Shown here: piece by piece, positions 32,969 to 44,810 of the stretch | How positions within the stretch are numbered: position 1 is the first letter of the stretch | Layout of the letters: the number at the start of each line of letters is the position of its first letter | Assembly: GCA_000091205.1 (NCBI GenBank) | Contig: AP006502.2 | Source of the DNA: Cyanidioschyzon merolae | Lineage: Eukaryota | Reading direction: 5' to 3' (one strand) | DNA: 64,000 nt | The notes under the pieces: generated by a model | What the model was told of the DNA's origin: nothing | Seen by the model: only the letters and a program-made list of their open reading frames with translations | Databases searched by the model: none | Translations under genes and position numbers: made by a program

Positions 32969-34921
32969 TCATCGCATCGCTCGATCGGCAGTTTTGCGGA
33001 AGCGTCCGCGCTGCTGGACTTGCCGCAGCCGATAACGCTGCATGCTTGTATTGCCTCGGTGGAGTTTGCGCAGCCGTTTGGGCAGCGTCTCAATAGGCCG
33101 GAATGGCTGAATGTACTTGATCGAAGCGTAGGCGTTCAGTTCGCGTTCGTCCATGTCAAGCATCTCCTCTGGTGAGACACCGAATGAGCGCGGTTCCACT
33201 CGTCGGTACCGGAAACGAGTATTTGCCAGCAAGTCCTCGCGGTTAAACTGGTCGACGTCACTGTCGTTATCGAACGGGGTAGCAATCTCGCTTGGGTGAC
33301 CGTTCATTCGATGCGAACCCGTGACCCGATCGCTACGCGCTGCAGAGCTGTCAGCGGGTCCAGAAGCGCTCTTTCCGATGCCGAAGTCGGCGTCCGGTTG
33401 CCAGCCCTCATCTGGAGCGCTCTGGTATGCCTCTCGTTCGAAGAGGTCGCGCATTGCAGTATCAAACTTGGTGGCGTCGAAATCATGGTCGCTCTCCGCA
33501 AGCGCTAGAACCCGCTCCACAAGCTCCATTTCGGAGGAGGCTCGTCCGCCGGATGACGCTGCCTTTGCCGACTGCTCCAGACCAGCAGCGCGAGCAATGC
33601 GTTGTAAGCGCTCTGTGCGTTCCGCTAAATGCACATTTCGCAAGCGACGAAGCGTCTCCAGCTGTTTGCGCTTCATGAGGTCTTCACGCGCCGCCTTGGC
33701 CTCACGCTGTCGTCTCCGCGCTTCTTGCTTTGCCGATGGCTTGCGCAGTGAGCCCTCAATTCGACGCGGGTGCGAGGGAATGAGATCCCCATGCGGCTCC
33801 TCGAAACGGAAATTGTGTGCTTGCTCGAACTGATCCTGCCTTTCGAGGAACTGCTCGTCCTCTTCTAGAGTGTCAGACGTTTGTGGATTGCGGAGATTTT
33901 CGACAGATGCAACGCGCTGCAGCAGATCATGAGCAGGCCCGAGCCATCGATTGTTCACGACATAGTCGTACAGAAAGGCATCCTTCTCGGCTACGGTCTC
34001 TTTCTCTAAGTACGCATGCTGTCGTTCTTCATCCGACTGAGGTGTAGCATCCACACGCCGAGCGTCAGTGGTGGTTCCCGGTGCCAGTGCAGACACACCA
34101 GAGACATGGGTCTGTAGGATTTCCTCCAACCGACGGTCGGTTTGTTTCACTATGAAAAAGTCTTCACTGCTCTCTTCATTCAATTCTTCGCTGACAGAGC
34201 GCTCATGATAATTCGCTACACCATCCGGCTTCATGGTTTCTCTTGCAGCCCGCTCCAAGAATTCCAGTCGAAGAGCCTCCTGCTGCTCATCGTAGACCGG
34301 TATGCGAGGACGGCGTTCCACAGTCTCCATGTCCGGGGTTACAGTTCGGTCTCTCTGGCCAACTTGCGAGGAATTCGACGACAGCTGCGACGATGACATG
34401 GACGAGGAGGAATCCGCCTCTGCCTCCCGCAGAAGCCCCTCACGCCAGTACTGATCTAGACACACGGCCTTCTCCTTTTCCGCTTTTAGCGCCAGAAGGT
34501 CGTATCCAGCGACCGGCTCTGCCTCGTCATTCGTTGTGGTTCCTGGACTAGATTCAGATCGACCACTAATACTGCCCGAGTCATCATAGAAACGATAATT
34601 TGGATCGTAGATGCGGGCATCGCGCCTTCTGATTAGCTCGAGCGTCTGCGCCCACTGCGCGTCCAGTCGTTTGGTGAGCAGCAGGCCCAGGTCATCCTCC
34701 TCGGTGCTTTCATCGGCATCACTGGATGAGGAATGCAAGGAGCTGGCACCCGATGGAGAAGGTGCCTGGTTGCGTGCTCGTGCTGGCCGCTGGTCAACGT
34801 CTCTTCGTTCGTTCAGCTGTCGTTCGACTTCTCGAAGGTTGCTAAGCTCCTCTCGCCGTTTACGCTTGTCGTACTCTCGCGCAAACTTTTGATTTATCTG
34901 CAGCTCCATAATAGAGTGCAC
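32969..34921 (-). CDS. KRI1-like ribosome biogenesis protein
   Basis: 'DAFLYDYVVNNRWLGP' (Kri1 'FLxDYILNRxW' motif) and C-terminal 'FRYRRVEPRSFGVSPEEMLDMDERELNAYASIKYIQPFR' (Kri1_C). Confidence 0.7.
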   Translation of the reverse strand: MHSIMELQINQKFAREYDKRKRREELSNLREVERQLNERRDVDQRPARARNQAPSPSGASSLHSSSSDADESTEEDDLGLLLTKRLDAQWAQTLELIRRRDARIYDPNYRFYDDSGSISGRSESSPGTTTNDEAEPVAGYDLLALKAEKEKAVCLDQYWREGLLREAEADSSSSMSSSQLSSNSSQVGQRDRTVTPDMETVERRPRIPVYDEQQEALRLEFLERAARETMKPDGVANYHERSVSEELNEESSEDFFIVKQTDRRLEEILQTHVSGVSALAPGTTTDARRVDATPQSDEERQHAYLEKETVAEKDAFLYDYVVNNRWLGPAHDLLQRVASVENLRNPQTSDTLEEDEQFLERQDQFEQAHNFRFEEPHGDLIPSHPRRIEGSLRKPSAKQEARRRQREAKAAREDLMKRKQLETLRRLRNVHLAERTERLQRIARAAGLEQSAKAASSGGRASSEMELVERVLALAESDHDFDATKFDTAMRDLFEREAYQSAPDEGWQPDADFGIGKSASGPADSSAARSDRVTGSHRMNGHPSEIATPFDNDSDVDQFNREDLLANTRFRYRRVEPRSFGVSPEEMLDMDERELNAYASIKYIQPFRPIETLPKRLRKLHRGNTSMQRYRLRQVQQRGRFRKTADRAMR

Positions 34922-35140
34922 TCTATTGCGTTCACTCGGGTCGTCAACTCGGGAAACGGCGGCGGGAACGCGTCCTTGTGGCCTTCAAATAGAGATGGTG
35001 TTGCGGCTCGTCCCTGTTACCTGATTTCGCGAGTGCAACTTGTTGTTCCCTGTTCGGGCGGGTTTCGCCTTCGAAAGATAACAGGTCCAGTTGACGCGGC
35101 TCAGTTGAAATTAGTGGTATAAGTACTCGAAGCACGGCAC

Positions 35141-37679
35141 AGAGTCGAACGCTGCTGCCGGCAGTGTACAGTAGTGGCGAGAAGCCCGCCCTAGACACAA
35201 AGTCACCGAGTGACGTGCAGGCGCCTGCCAGACTTTTTCGACCGGCCACCCACAACTGCTTCCAACTTTTTCTCATATAGTAAAACTTTCAGAATTGTCC
35301 ATCAAAGTTCCCTCTTGTTTAGTCTGGAGGTCTATTCTCCAGTACCGCACATCTCCTTACATTGATAGCGGCGTTCAAGTCTCGGTTCACAAACTCCACC
35401 TGTTTCGTGCCGTTAGGAGTTTACTCACTAATGCGAGTAGCCCACGCACTTTCGCTAGCCTTTCCATGTGCTCGTCTGTCAGCGGTCCGTACTTTGCTAT
35501 ATCCTCGGGGCTCCCCGGACACTTTTCCATCTAGACCCTCTGAAGTGTACACCGCAGTTCATGGTGTGTATACGATGTTCGAAACTCATCTACCGGGTTC
35601 GTAACGAAACGCCGTGCGCACTCCTTGTACACCCTCGTCGTTGGAGCTGGTGTACACCCTTTTTGGGTCTTCCATCGCCCTGCTCGGTATGCTACTACTA
35701 GCCTCTGATTTTCATCCTCCTTCAAGGCGCTCAACTCATTGAAAAAATTCGCGAACGCCCGCTGCTTTCCACAGTATAGATTCATACGCAAACGAGCCCA
35801 TCTGGGCATTGTATACTCCTCCCACAGCGCATCCCAATGCGCAACACGAACTTCCATGAATTTCCGAAAAGCTTTAAAGTCTGCTTCTCGGCTCGTCACC
35901 TCGCTCGTGGCTTCCAGGTGATCCTTCATTCCTGCATCCCATGCAGAAATTTTCTTCCATGCATTCATTATACCGGATTCTCGGTAGTATCTCGCTCTCG
36001 AGATTCTCAAAAGACGCATGTCTTTTTTGACGTACGTTGCCGTCAGTCCCATCTTCGGCACGCTTCGGTGCTGCAATGGTGATGATATTCGTATTCCCCG
36101 GGTCCGCGCCAACGACAAAGTTGTTATCATGCACTTTTTGGGTCGCAGGACCCGCCTTCTTCTTTTCTTCATCCTTCGTCCCGCCAACCATAAAGGCGTT
36201 ATCCTGCACCTCCTGCATCACAGGATCCGCCTTCTTCTCATCTTCATCCTCCGTCACGCCAACGACAAGGTCGTTATCCTCCGCCTCCTGCGTCGCAGGA
36301 CCAGCCTCCTCCTTTTCTTCATCCTCCGTCACGGGCGCAGCCGAGGGCGGAACTGGACGATCTTTCTTCAACCGCCGGTAGTGTACACACAAGGCTACCC
36401 CATCGGTTTCGATCATCCCAGTGAATACCTTTTGCTAGCTCACTTTGAGTCGTTTGAAATCGAAGATATTCTTCCAGTACGTCTCCCTATTCTCACCGGT
36501 GAACTCTCTTCTCCTTACATCGAACTCTGAACTGATCTCCTTCATGATGCCATGAAGGACGCCGGAGTCGATAGTCCCAACATGTGACTTGATGTTTCAT
36601 AATGGATCGACGTTGAAGCGCTTCCCCATTAGGACAGCCTTCCGTCTCTCCGACTCCTCATTTTTTCCTCACGCAGCTTCACCTCTGCCTTGCATTCGAG
36701 TTCACGGTCCAAAAACACGAAATAGCGCAGGATGAGGCGATAGAATCTTTCCTTATCTTTTTCAACTCGGATATCTTGTCTGTTGGATTGACCAGCCCCA
36801 AGATCGCACGGTGCTCTTGTATAGCCGCACGGGTCACAGAAGCTTCATTCCTGCTCCTGCGTGACGTCTTCTTGTAGACGAATCTGAGTTCCTGTTTATG
36901 ATGGCGATCTTTTGGGACGCCATCGATAATGGCCCATATCGCCCTGCGAGACAGGCCAGCCTAGAGTGCAAAGACGGAGCGTATCATGAAACGATCGAGC
37001 TTCATGGTCATATGGTTCTTCAAGTTCGTGATGTACTTCATCGCCCCGTAGGTTTAAATATTCGAGTCACCCCTGTGTCGAGCACCGTCAAAGCAGGATT
37101 TGGCGTAATTTTAGTGGAGTGCATGTGCTCGCTCATCTCTCCTCAACGTATACCCTGTGCTAGCCATCGGGTCACGATTAAAAGTCTTGTCGGAATGTTC
37201 GTATGGAACCTCGACTTCTATGATGCCCGTCGTGTCGCGATACATCTTCCTGGCCATATGCATCATTCCTCAAACAGCCTTTTGCAATACTCATTTAGTA
37301 ACACGCGACTCGGTTTTTGATGGCCTCTTGCAACTTTTCCTTGTATGCATCCTTGATATGGCGTGGAAGATAGGCTTTCGTTACCATTTTGTCGTACTGT
37401 CGTCTTTCTTGCAGCATTCGACGTGGGGCCTCCCCCTTTCGGTCCTTCTTCTTCTTTTCCTGGTCTTCTGGACTCGGCACTGATTTCTGTTTTTTTTTCT
37501 GGCAGCCGGCGACCCTGGCCCTACAGGATCGTCGACCTGCTTTTTCATAACTTTCCTTTTTTTAGTTGTTTTGAAAAAGAACGCTCTTTGAACCCTTCTG
37601 TTGTATACTGCGAAAAAGCGCTTTACTAGACTTGTTTGAGGTGTGAAACGCAATCGAACTGAAAGACTGTACTTTGCTA
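35141..37679 (-). mobile_element. Fanzor1-like element copy 2, inverted relative to copy 1 (~2.54 kb); degraded: frameshifts plus an internal ~90 bp tandem triplication upstream of RuvC-I
   Basis: Reverse-complement similarity (~94-97%) to 15563-17941, including 3' tail, 29-nt intron and TAG; ORFs 35531-36187 and 35874-36416 (-) carry the Fanzor sequence in different frames; repeated '[18 protein letters not shown] / [20 protein letters not shown] / [21 protein letters not shown]' units. Confidence 0.75.
35531..37480 (-). pseudogene. Fanzor/TnpB-like nuclease pseudogene (copy 2)
   Basis: N-terminal 'KKKKDRKGEAPRRMLQERRQYDKMVTKAYLPRHIKDAYKEKLQEAIKNR' (CAA where copy 1 has TAA), RuvC-I '[16 protein letters not shown]', C-terminal '...[20 protein letters not shown]'; reading frame broken at least twice. 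Confidence 0.7.
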
Positions 37680-38359
37680 TGACTCCAACGGAAATCCAAC
37701 TTCTACAGCTGAACAACACACTACTGATCAAGATCACGGTTCCCTTCAACGGCGGCATGTGCGTCGTGTCTCATGCCTGCCTGATATCCCAGGTGCGCTC
37801 ACTGACCGCGATGCATGCACCGCGCGAGACGCTAGACCCATCGATGAAGGACACGTGTCCGACACCCCGCATTGGCACATGCGTGCTCTCACCGGCGCTC
37901 TGCGGCACACGCGGCAGCGGGTAGTTTCAGAAAAAAGAGAAAGCGGACACTCCTCCGCGGATGATCTGAGCTTACAGACTTTCAGTTCTATTTCGTTTCG
38001 CCCCCGCTGCAGTGTATGTTAAGACGTCGAAATAACTGTGCAACTTACCGTATATATCGTTGGCAAATTGTCTGCAGGATATATTCATTACTGAACAGCT
38101 CATGGAGGACTGCGTTCATCCTTGAGGTCAGTCGCACAATAATACGCAGATGGTTGATGAACACTGCAAGTAACAAATATATGCGCACCGCACCAAAAAC
38201 TGGTATTCTCAGCGCATGCTTGCCGTCAATGGTAGAAAACGATCCGCTGATAACCTTACGGAAACTTAGTGCAACGAAAGTGGTCACAACGGGCGTCTCT
38301 GTTTCCCAACACCTTGTCCATACTGTCCTGAAAACACCGGGATACAGGCGCAAAAGAAG

Positions 38360-39480
38360 ACTCTATTCATTCACGGCCATCCTCTGCCAAAATCGCAATG
38401 ACAGCATTCCGAGGACTGAGCGATCGGTATGAGGCACAGGGTCGTCGGGTTTGCTATTCCATTCGTTGAGACTTTCTTCGGACGAAACGGTCCGAGTATA
38501 TATGGGTATTCGCGGAGCGGGGCCCCCATCGTAAATAGGATCGAAATCGAAGAGAACGAGGACATCTTCATCAGTCTTAGCTGTAGTGGATTCATTTGAC
38601 GGCCTCAGTTTCGCTCCTGCGGAAGGCACATACAACAGAACCCTCTTCGCCGGATCATTGAAGACTTTTCTCAGACGTCTGGTGAGGTCCTTCGATTCCA
38701 CAACGTTGCATTTCACCATTACCCTTGCATTCGAGTTTTACCGAATCTTTCGGGATAGAGCTGCTTTCTATTCCCCCGTGCGCTCCTTGATTCAACCCCA
38801 TCGAGGCCGCGTTTTGTATCGTGAAACGTCATGGTCGCTCCACTGGGCAGATCTCCGACGAGTTCGCCGTACCGTGACACACCGGGGGCGCATTTCGTCT
38901 TTCTTCCACACGTCCTTCTCTGTCCAAGAAAATTCTCACCGTAGTGCATCATGAAGTGTGTTCGTTTTGAAGAAATACAATATCCAAGAGATGAGCTGGG
39001 GTGTACACTCCAGAACGTCGAGATGGAGAGAGGCCAGGGAAGCGCTTCGGCGATAGAAGAGCACGAAGAGCTGGCAGAGCAGCAAACGGCACAGAGAGAA
39101 CGTGTTCGAGGAATCTTTGCATTCATGCGTTCAACGAGAGGTAATAAACGCATGGAGTCCGTGAACCAAGACTTCAACGCCGTCATCCATATCAAACGAT
39201 GCGTGGTGCGGATGACGAGATGCGCGGACCTGACACGATCCATCTTTATGGGCCAGCCTCTCAGGCTCAACGTGTACAAAGAGAAATTGAAATCGATAGC
39301 AGGGGTCCGGTCGTTAAAGACTGGGAGGCATCTGCGCGTCGTTATTCATTTACCCTCCATAATTGTGAAACATTTTGTCTTTCACCGACTCTACAGAAGA
39401 CGGCAATGGACTTGGGCTTGTGTCCCCGAAACGATCGATTGCAGTGAAGCATGTGGCTCCGCTTTGCACCAAGGCGACAT
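38360..39480 (+). mobile_element. Family-2 TnpB-like element fragment (copy C), degenerate
   Basis: + strand encodes '...GNKRMESVNQDFNAVIHI' (degenerate RuvC-III, ~39161-39193); 5' part homologous to 44270-44810 (rc) and to the 780 bp repeat; no intact ORF. Confidence 0.45.
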
Positions 39481-40196
39481 AGACTGATAGAAATATCTGG
39501 ATGAGTTCCCAATCTTTGGTTTTTTCGGGTTCTTATTGCATCATGGACGACATCGCGCACCGCAAATCCTCGATTCACTGGAAAAGTGAGCGCTTGCGTG
39601 TGCAGCTGACAACGCACTCGCATACGGGATTGTACAGAAGAAGCGCGCCATAGCACGGTGCGACACCGGCGAAGTAGATTGCATCTATCCCTCTGGACCC
39701 TTCAACGGCATACACCAAGCTATAAAGCAAGCGTTTTCGTGCTTCAGGGCGACACCGGTATTACGCAATGTGGTAGACGCATAGGCATATCTCACGAGAG
39801 TCAGGTGTCACGGTTGCGAGGCGCTCAGCGAGGCTGTGTACCTAGAACTTGAAACAGTCCTGCGAAGCGTAGGTCGCAACTCTCGCATCTGCATGGAATG
39901 CACCAACGACTGACAGAAGCGGCGAAATCGGGACCTGAACGCTTCTATCCATTTCCTTTCGACAACGAACAACGGAACTGGAGGCAAGGAATACCCCAAT
40001 ACATTTAAAAACGTAGATGAAACAGTGGAAAAAGAGACCAGTTGAAGAAAAAGCTCCCAATGACTGGTATTGATGATCGTAGGAAAACCCGTAAACACTG
40101 GAGTGTATGCCGCAGTCAGCAAAACGGACCCTTTCCAGGGTCGTCTGACATGACAGCATCTGGAGAATCCACGAATACGCAGCTGCAGCAGAGGCA

Positions 40197-40222
40197 ACGG
40201 CGGCGGCGGCGGCGGCGGCGGC
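40197..40222. repeat. (GGC)n microsatellite
   Basis: 'cggcggcggcggcggcggcggcg'. Confidence 0.9.
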
Positions 40223-40528
40223 GCATCCACAATGCCCCGAGAAGCACCCCCGTCGCGATCCGTACGTTCACTGCACAGTGCTCCGCCTTACGACGCGTCA
40301 CTGGAAGCTCACGCGCAACTGCTGCTTTCGCTGGAACTAACGTGTACAGTGCGGCCTGGAGCGTGGCGGCGCTGAACGACCAGCAAACGATTTTTCAGGG
40401 AAACACCAACGCTTTGGCGAGTGCCAGGGTCAGGGGCGTCCAGCGTCGGATTTCTCGTGTGTGCCCTCTAACGGAAATTTGTTTGCGAGGACGAGACCGA
40501 GCACGGGCTCGGGTTCACGCCCTACCCA

Positions 40529-41794
40529 ATGGAGTACCAGCACGCCCCAGCGTCTATCCGTGTACGTCCACCGCGACCGGAAAAACGTCTCCTGCCTTTT
40601 GTGAGCGCTGCTGGCGCCTTGACGCAACGTGTCTCGGGTAGTGCGTGGCCGTGTCGACCGGCTACCCGACGGCCGCCTCCGAAGCGACGAAACACCCGCT
40701 GCTGGGTTCTGTGCAACGCGCAACAGCGGCGAATAATTGTACCCGGAAAGTTTGATGCTCTTCACATTGGGCATCGAGAGCTTGTTTTACGGGCAGCGAG
40801 CTACGGAAAACCGGTCATTCTCACGTTCTCAGGCATGGCGGAAGTGCTAGGCCGCAGGGCGCAGTTGCCGATTGTGGCACGAACCCACATGGAGCACATA
40901 ATTCGAAACTGGTTCGCATTCCCCGGCCGAGACGCAGATCGTCCTTTGCTGAACAGTCCTCTGAAACCCATAGTACAGGACGCAGACGCGTTCGAGGTTG
41001 TGGTCGTGCCGTTCGCCGAGATTCGCCACCTCTCGCCCGAGGACTTTATTGTACAGTTCTTGTACAGGGAGCTGGGCGCTGGCGGCATTGTATGCGGCTG
41101 GGATTGGCGCTTTGGTTATCGGGCGGCTGGCGATGTCGCGCTGTTGAAGAGCCTTTCGGCAGCGCTTGGACGAGAGAGCCCCAGCGGCTGGGTCTTTGAA
41201 ACAGTACCACCAGTGCTCTCTCACGGTGACAGGGTTTCGTCGTCTACAGTACGCCGCCTCCTCGCCGCGGGCCGTATTCACCAAACCACGCGCATGCTCG
41301 ATCGATTCCACGCTTGTACAGCACGATGCACAGTGCTTCGCAACAGCACCGAGTTTCTGGAACTGTGTGTGGATTCGTGGGAAAACCAGCCACCAGCACC
41401 GTCTCGTCTTTACGAGTGTCGTGTTGAACTCCGCGTACGTTGTAACGAATCCACCATCGCAAAAGACGTGTCTTGGAAACGTCTCAATGCCTATGTGTGG
41501 ATCGAGTCAAGCGAGCGATCCGAGAGCGCAAGCGTACACGGCATCGCGGGTGCACCACTGCCGCTGCCGCTGCCACTGCCACGCCTCATCCAACTCTGGA
41601 CCTGTGATCGAATGGATGTACCGGTGAATGAATTCGGGGTATCGGTAACCAGCGACCGAGGTCGCGAACTCGGGGTGCTGGAACGAGCTCTCTGCAATGC
41701 ATCCGCGGTGGATGTGACACTCGAATTTCGTTCCGTTGTCACTGCATCAACGCCGGTGCTCGTGAACCGTTCGCCTCTGACGCGTTACACGTAG
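40529..41794 (+). CDS. Bacterial/plastid-type FAD synthetase (RibF-like FMN adenylyltransferase domain)
   Basis: 'RIIVPGKFDALHIGHRELVLRAASYGKPVILTF' matches the RibF N-terminal 'GxFDGxHxGH' nucleotidyltransferase motif; the C-terminal part is divergent. Confidence 0.55.
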   Translation: MEYQHAPASIRVRPPRPEKRLLPFVSAAGALTQRVSGSAWPCRPATRRPPPKRRNTRCWVLCNAQQRRIIVPGKFDALHIGHRELVLRAASYGKPVILTFSGMAEVLGRRAQLPIVARTHMEHIIRNWFAFPGRDADRPLLNSPLKPIVQDADAFEVVVVPFAEIRHLSPEDFIVQFLYRELGAGGIVCGWDWRFGYRAAGDVALLKSLSAALGRESPSGWVFETVPPVLSHGDRVSSSTVRRLLAAGRIHQTTRMLDRFHACTARCTVLRNSTEFLELCVDSWENQPPAPSRLYECRVELRVRCNESTIAKDVSWKRLNAYVWIESSERSESASVHGIAGAPLPLPLPLPRLIQLWTCDRMDVPVNEFGVSVTSDRGRELGVLERALCNASAVDVTLEFRSVVTASTPVLVNRSPLTRYT

Positions 41795-41827
41795 CGTCCG
41801 ATGGTCCATTGGCGGTTCGTGGCGACT

Positions 41828-43486
41828 CTAGGGTCCCGTTTGACCGGTGGCCTGCAAACCAGCCCATCTGAAGAACTGGACAAAATGGATTCCTCCGTAA
41901 AAATTGTTCAGGAATCGCAGTGAAACAATCAACGAGCGATTCAAGACAGCGTGATTCGCGAAAAGCATATGTGAGAGTCGTTCGAGGCCCTCTACCAGCT
42001 GGAATCGCGGATTACTGGATAGCGCCATGAAAGCGCCCCAGCCGATCGAGTTCGGGAGCACTGGCGGCATCGGCCGAACGGGCGTGTAGTGGGCATCCAT
42101 GGCCTTGCGCAGGTGCAACAGGCCATAGGTGATGGCGGTGCCGACGACGCCACTCGCAAAACCGATCAAAAAGTACTGCGCAGATGTATGCAGAACGGTG
42201 AGCACTCGTGACGGCAGCGTGTACACTCGCAGTGGTGGCAAGGACTTTTCGAACGCGTTCGCTGGCAGTGACGTTGCCCAATTGAGATAGCGCTGCCATA
42301 CGCTCCCGATTAGTCCTCGCTGAACGGCACCCGTTTCCAGCTGCGACATCTGCGGGAACGGCGTGTAGGGCGCAAGCAACACCACAAATGAGGCCTCCAC
42401 AACGGTGCCGACGACCAGATCAGAGAGCACATATTCGAGCTCGTCGACGAGTTCTCTTCCTCGTACGAGAAACTCACCGACGAGTTGTGTTCCGTTCCCG
42501 ATGTATTCCTGGGCCAGGAGCTTGAAAATGAACTCGGGATCTGCGAGCACGCGATCTCGAAAGAACCGCCATTGCAAGAGCCACGCCACCAAGCCGCGGT
42601 CCTGGGCAAGGTAACGGGCGAGCGTTCGTCGCTCTATCCAGCCATGTTGGATCGCTTGAACGACTTCCGGCGGCAAGCTCTGAAGCGAACGTTTGTACGC
42701 GCGAAGCACACCGGCGATCTCTGGATCCGGAGACCAGTAGTCGCCGTGTTCGTCCGGGCCTTCGTAACGGCCACCCGAGCCACCATTGCCTTTCCCGAAC
42801 GACCCGTTACCGCCGTTGTTGCCGCTGTCGACGCCACTGGTCGGGCTGGGGCCGCTCAACCCGTGGTCTACGTTCTCCGACAGCGACGCCGTCTCGCTGC
42901 CAACAACAGTACCTGGCTGTGGCTGGGATCTGTGTCGATCACGATCCTCCAGCCCGAGGCAGCTTGAAACAGACCGCGTCCGCGCGAGTCCCGGAAGCAG
43001 GTGGCGATCGCTGTTACGTCGCGACGCTGAGGATCGGCTTCGCCACACGCGTATGTTTCCCAAAAGTTTCACCGGGGGATCACCATGAGAACGCACACGA
43101 CGTCGGGAAACGAGCGCCGGCAGCGCTGCTTCTGTTCTGGAGTACGCTCGGCGTGGGACGCGGCCCCCGTGGAGCGCCCTCACCAGTTGACGCTCAGGAC
43201 AGTAACGTCCGCGCCTAGATGCACCCGCAACTGCTCCAGCTGGCGTCAGAAATGCACAAAACATATGTTTAGTGCAAAAAGGGTTGCCTAACCACTCGGA
43301 CACGCCAGTGAAGTCAGTGTACTGGCGACGAGATTCGAACTCGCGAGCGCATACCGCGCAGTGGATATCGCAGACCCGGATGAGCCGCTTAAGTCCACCT
43401 CCTTGCGTGGAGCAGAAAAATGGTCGCTTATTCAGATATAAAGACAGCGGCGCTATGACTAGCTTGCGACTGATTTTTCCTTTCAA
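41828..43486 (-). CDS. Membrane protein resembling RETICULATA-related (DUF3411) envelope proteins; the true start is likely internal
   Basis: 'RVLADPEFIFKLLAQEYIGNGTQLVGEF' resembles the RER-family 'ADPxFLFKV' motif; C-terminal hydrophobic segment 'YFLIGFASGVVGTAITYGLL'; glycine-rich linker. Confidence 0.35.
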   Translation of the reverse strand: MKGKISRKLVIAPLSLYLNKRPFFCSTQGGGLKRLIRVCDIHCAVCAREFESRRQYTDFTGVSEWLGNPFCTKHMFCAFLTPAGAVAGASRRGRYCPERQLVRALHGGRVPRRAYSRTEAALPALVSRRRVRSHGDPPVKLLGNIRVWRSRSSASRRNSDRHLLPGLARTRSVSSCLGLEDRDRHRSQPQPGTVVGSETASLSENVDHGLSGPSPTSGVDSGNNGGNGSFGKGNGGSGGRYEGPDEHGDYWSPDPEIAGVLRAYKRSLQSLPPEVVQAIQHGWIERRTLARYLAQDRGLVAWLLQWRFFRDRVLADPEFIFKLLAQEYIGNGTQLVGEFLVRGRELVDELEYVLSDLVVGTVVEASFVVLLAPYTPFPQMSQLETGAVQRGLIGSVWQRYLNWATSLPANAFEKSLPPLRVYTLPSRVLTVLHTSAQYFLIGFASGVVGTAITYGLLHLRKAMDAHYTPVRPMPPVLPNSIGWGAFMALSSNPRFQLVEGLERLSHMLFANHAVLNRSLIVSLRFLNNFYGGIHFVQFFRWAGLQATGQTGP

Positions 43487-44810
43487 GTCCGTTTTGGTGC
43501 ATATCGTTTCGTTCAGGTGCGTACCGGGACCGGCCGCCTGCTATCGGTGTCGGTTCGTTGATCTGCGCTTATTTCGCGCATTAGAGGCCTGTCCCACGAA
43601 GGCTGGATCGTGTCAGCGACTTGGGTCTCGTCTCCAGCACACCGCATATCGTGTGATATGGATGGCGGCGTTAAAGTCTCGGTTCACGAGATCCTTGCGC
43701 GCATTGATTCTGGTGGAACGCGCCAATGCTAGCATTGGTCGAACTCGTGCCCACAGTGCCACTTCAGTCTCGTCATCGCTCCGTCAGAGGCAGACACCCT
43801 TTCTGGTCAACTTCTCCTTTTTCTTCGTCTTCTTCTTCATCACTTGCTCTGCGTCGCTCAACAGTCGGCGAGAAGAGGATTTTTTCGATTTTCTTCGGCG
43901 GTTGGTGGTGACGGCTCTCCAGGATCCTCGACCTGCGTACCAATATCATTCAGTTGGAATTTTCGTTTCTTCAAATGAATGCACTTGTTTATGCCCCTAG
44001 GCGAGGTCCTTCCCGTATCGAAAAGCACTTGCTGAAGGAAGACGAAATGTGCCCCATCATGTGACAATGTGGAGGACGCTTCAGCGATTCGCCGAATAGA
44101 GCGATCCTTACTTTTCACGATAGAAAGCACTCCTTCGATTGTGCTGAATCACCGAAATGTACGGAGGAATGGGAAGCAGCTCTGGCCCTATAGAATCGGG
44201 AAACGCTAGAACGCAAGTGGAATGGTGAAATACCACAATATCCAACAGAAAGACGTCTTCAGACCTCAGAGGAAAGTCTTCAACGAATTGACAAAGAGGT
44301 TGGTGATGTTGTACGCGCCTTCTCTACGTGCGCAACTGAGGCTGCCAAGTGAATCCACTGCACCCAGAACAGACGATGATGTCCGAATTCTCTCCGAGTC
44401 CGATCGTACATACAACGCGTTCCTTCTCCGCGAAGATTCATAGACCCTCTGATCGTCTCGTCCGAGGCAATTCTCATCCATCTTAGAAACAAACAGACGT
44501 CCCTGCGTTCCATACCTATCGCAACGTTGCAGGAACGCTTTAGGTGCAATATCGGTGCAAGATGGCCGTGCTTGAAACTGGACTTTTTGCGACTGTATCC
44601 CAGAGGTTTCAGGACCATACGAACAAGCAGTTGAGAAACAGAGGCACCTGTGGTGGCTTCTATCGTCGCTTTTTGCTTTCCATAAGTTTATGGACAGGTC
44701 GACTTCTACCATCGACCGCAAGCACGCTTCGAGTGCAAATACTTCACTCTTTCAGTGTTCCTGAACCATCTGGGTCCTGTAGTATGACTAACATGGGTGA
44801 GTAATGGAGT
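43270..44810 (-). mobile_element. Family-2 TnpB-like element fragment (copy D), inverted relative to copy C
   Basis: Reverse strand at ~43680 encodes a RuvC-III-like motif (the + strand reads 'AALKSRFTRSLRAL', the mirror of '..NAAINV..' regions); the 44222-44810 part is homologous to 38363-38954 and to 260-560. Confidence 0.45.

Noticed and set aside
43320-43400. tRNA gene or tRNA-derived SINE (B-box-like 'gagttcgaatctcgtc' on the reverse strand and A-box-like 'gcgcagtgg' on the forward strand)
   Set aside because: The two boxes are in opposite orientations. No cloverleaf with a 7-bp acceptor stem and properly spaced D/anticodon/T arms could be assembled on either strand. It is probably a chance match or a highly decayed fragment.
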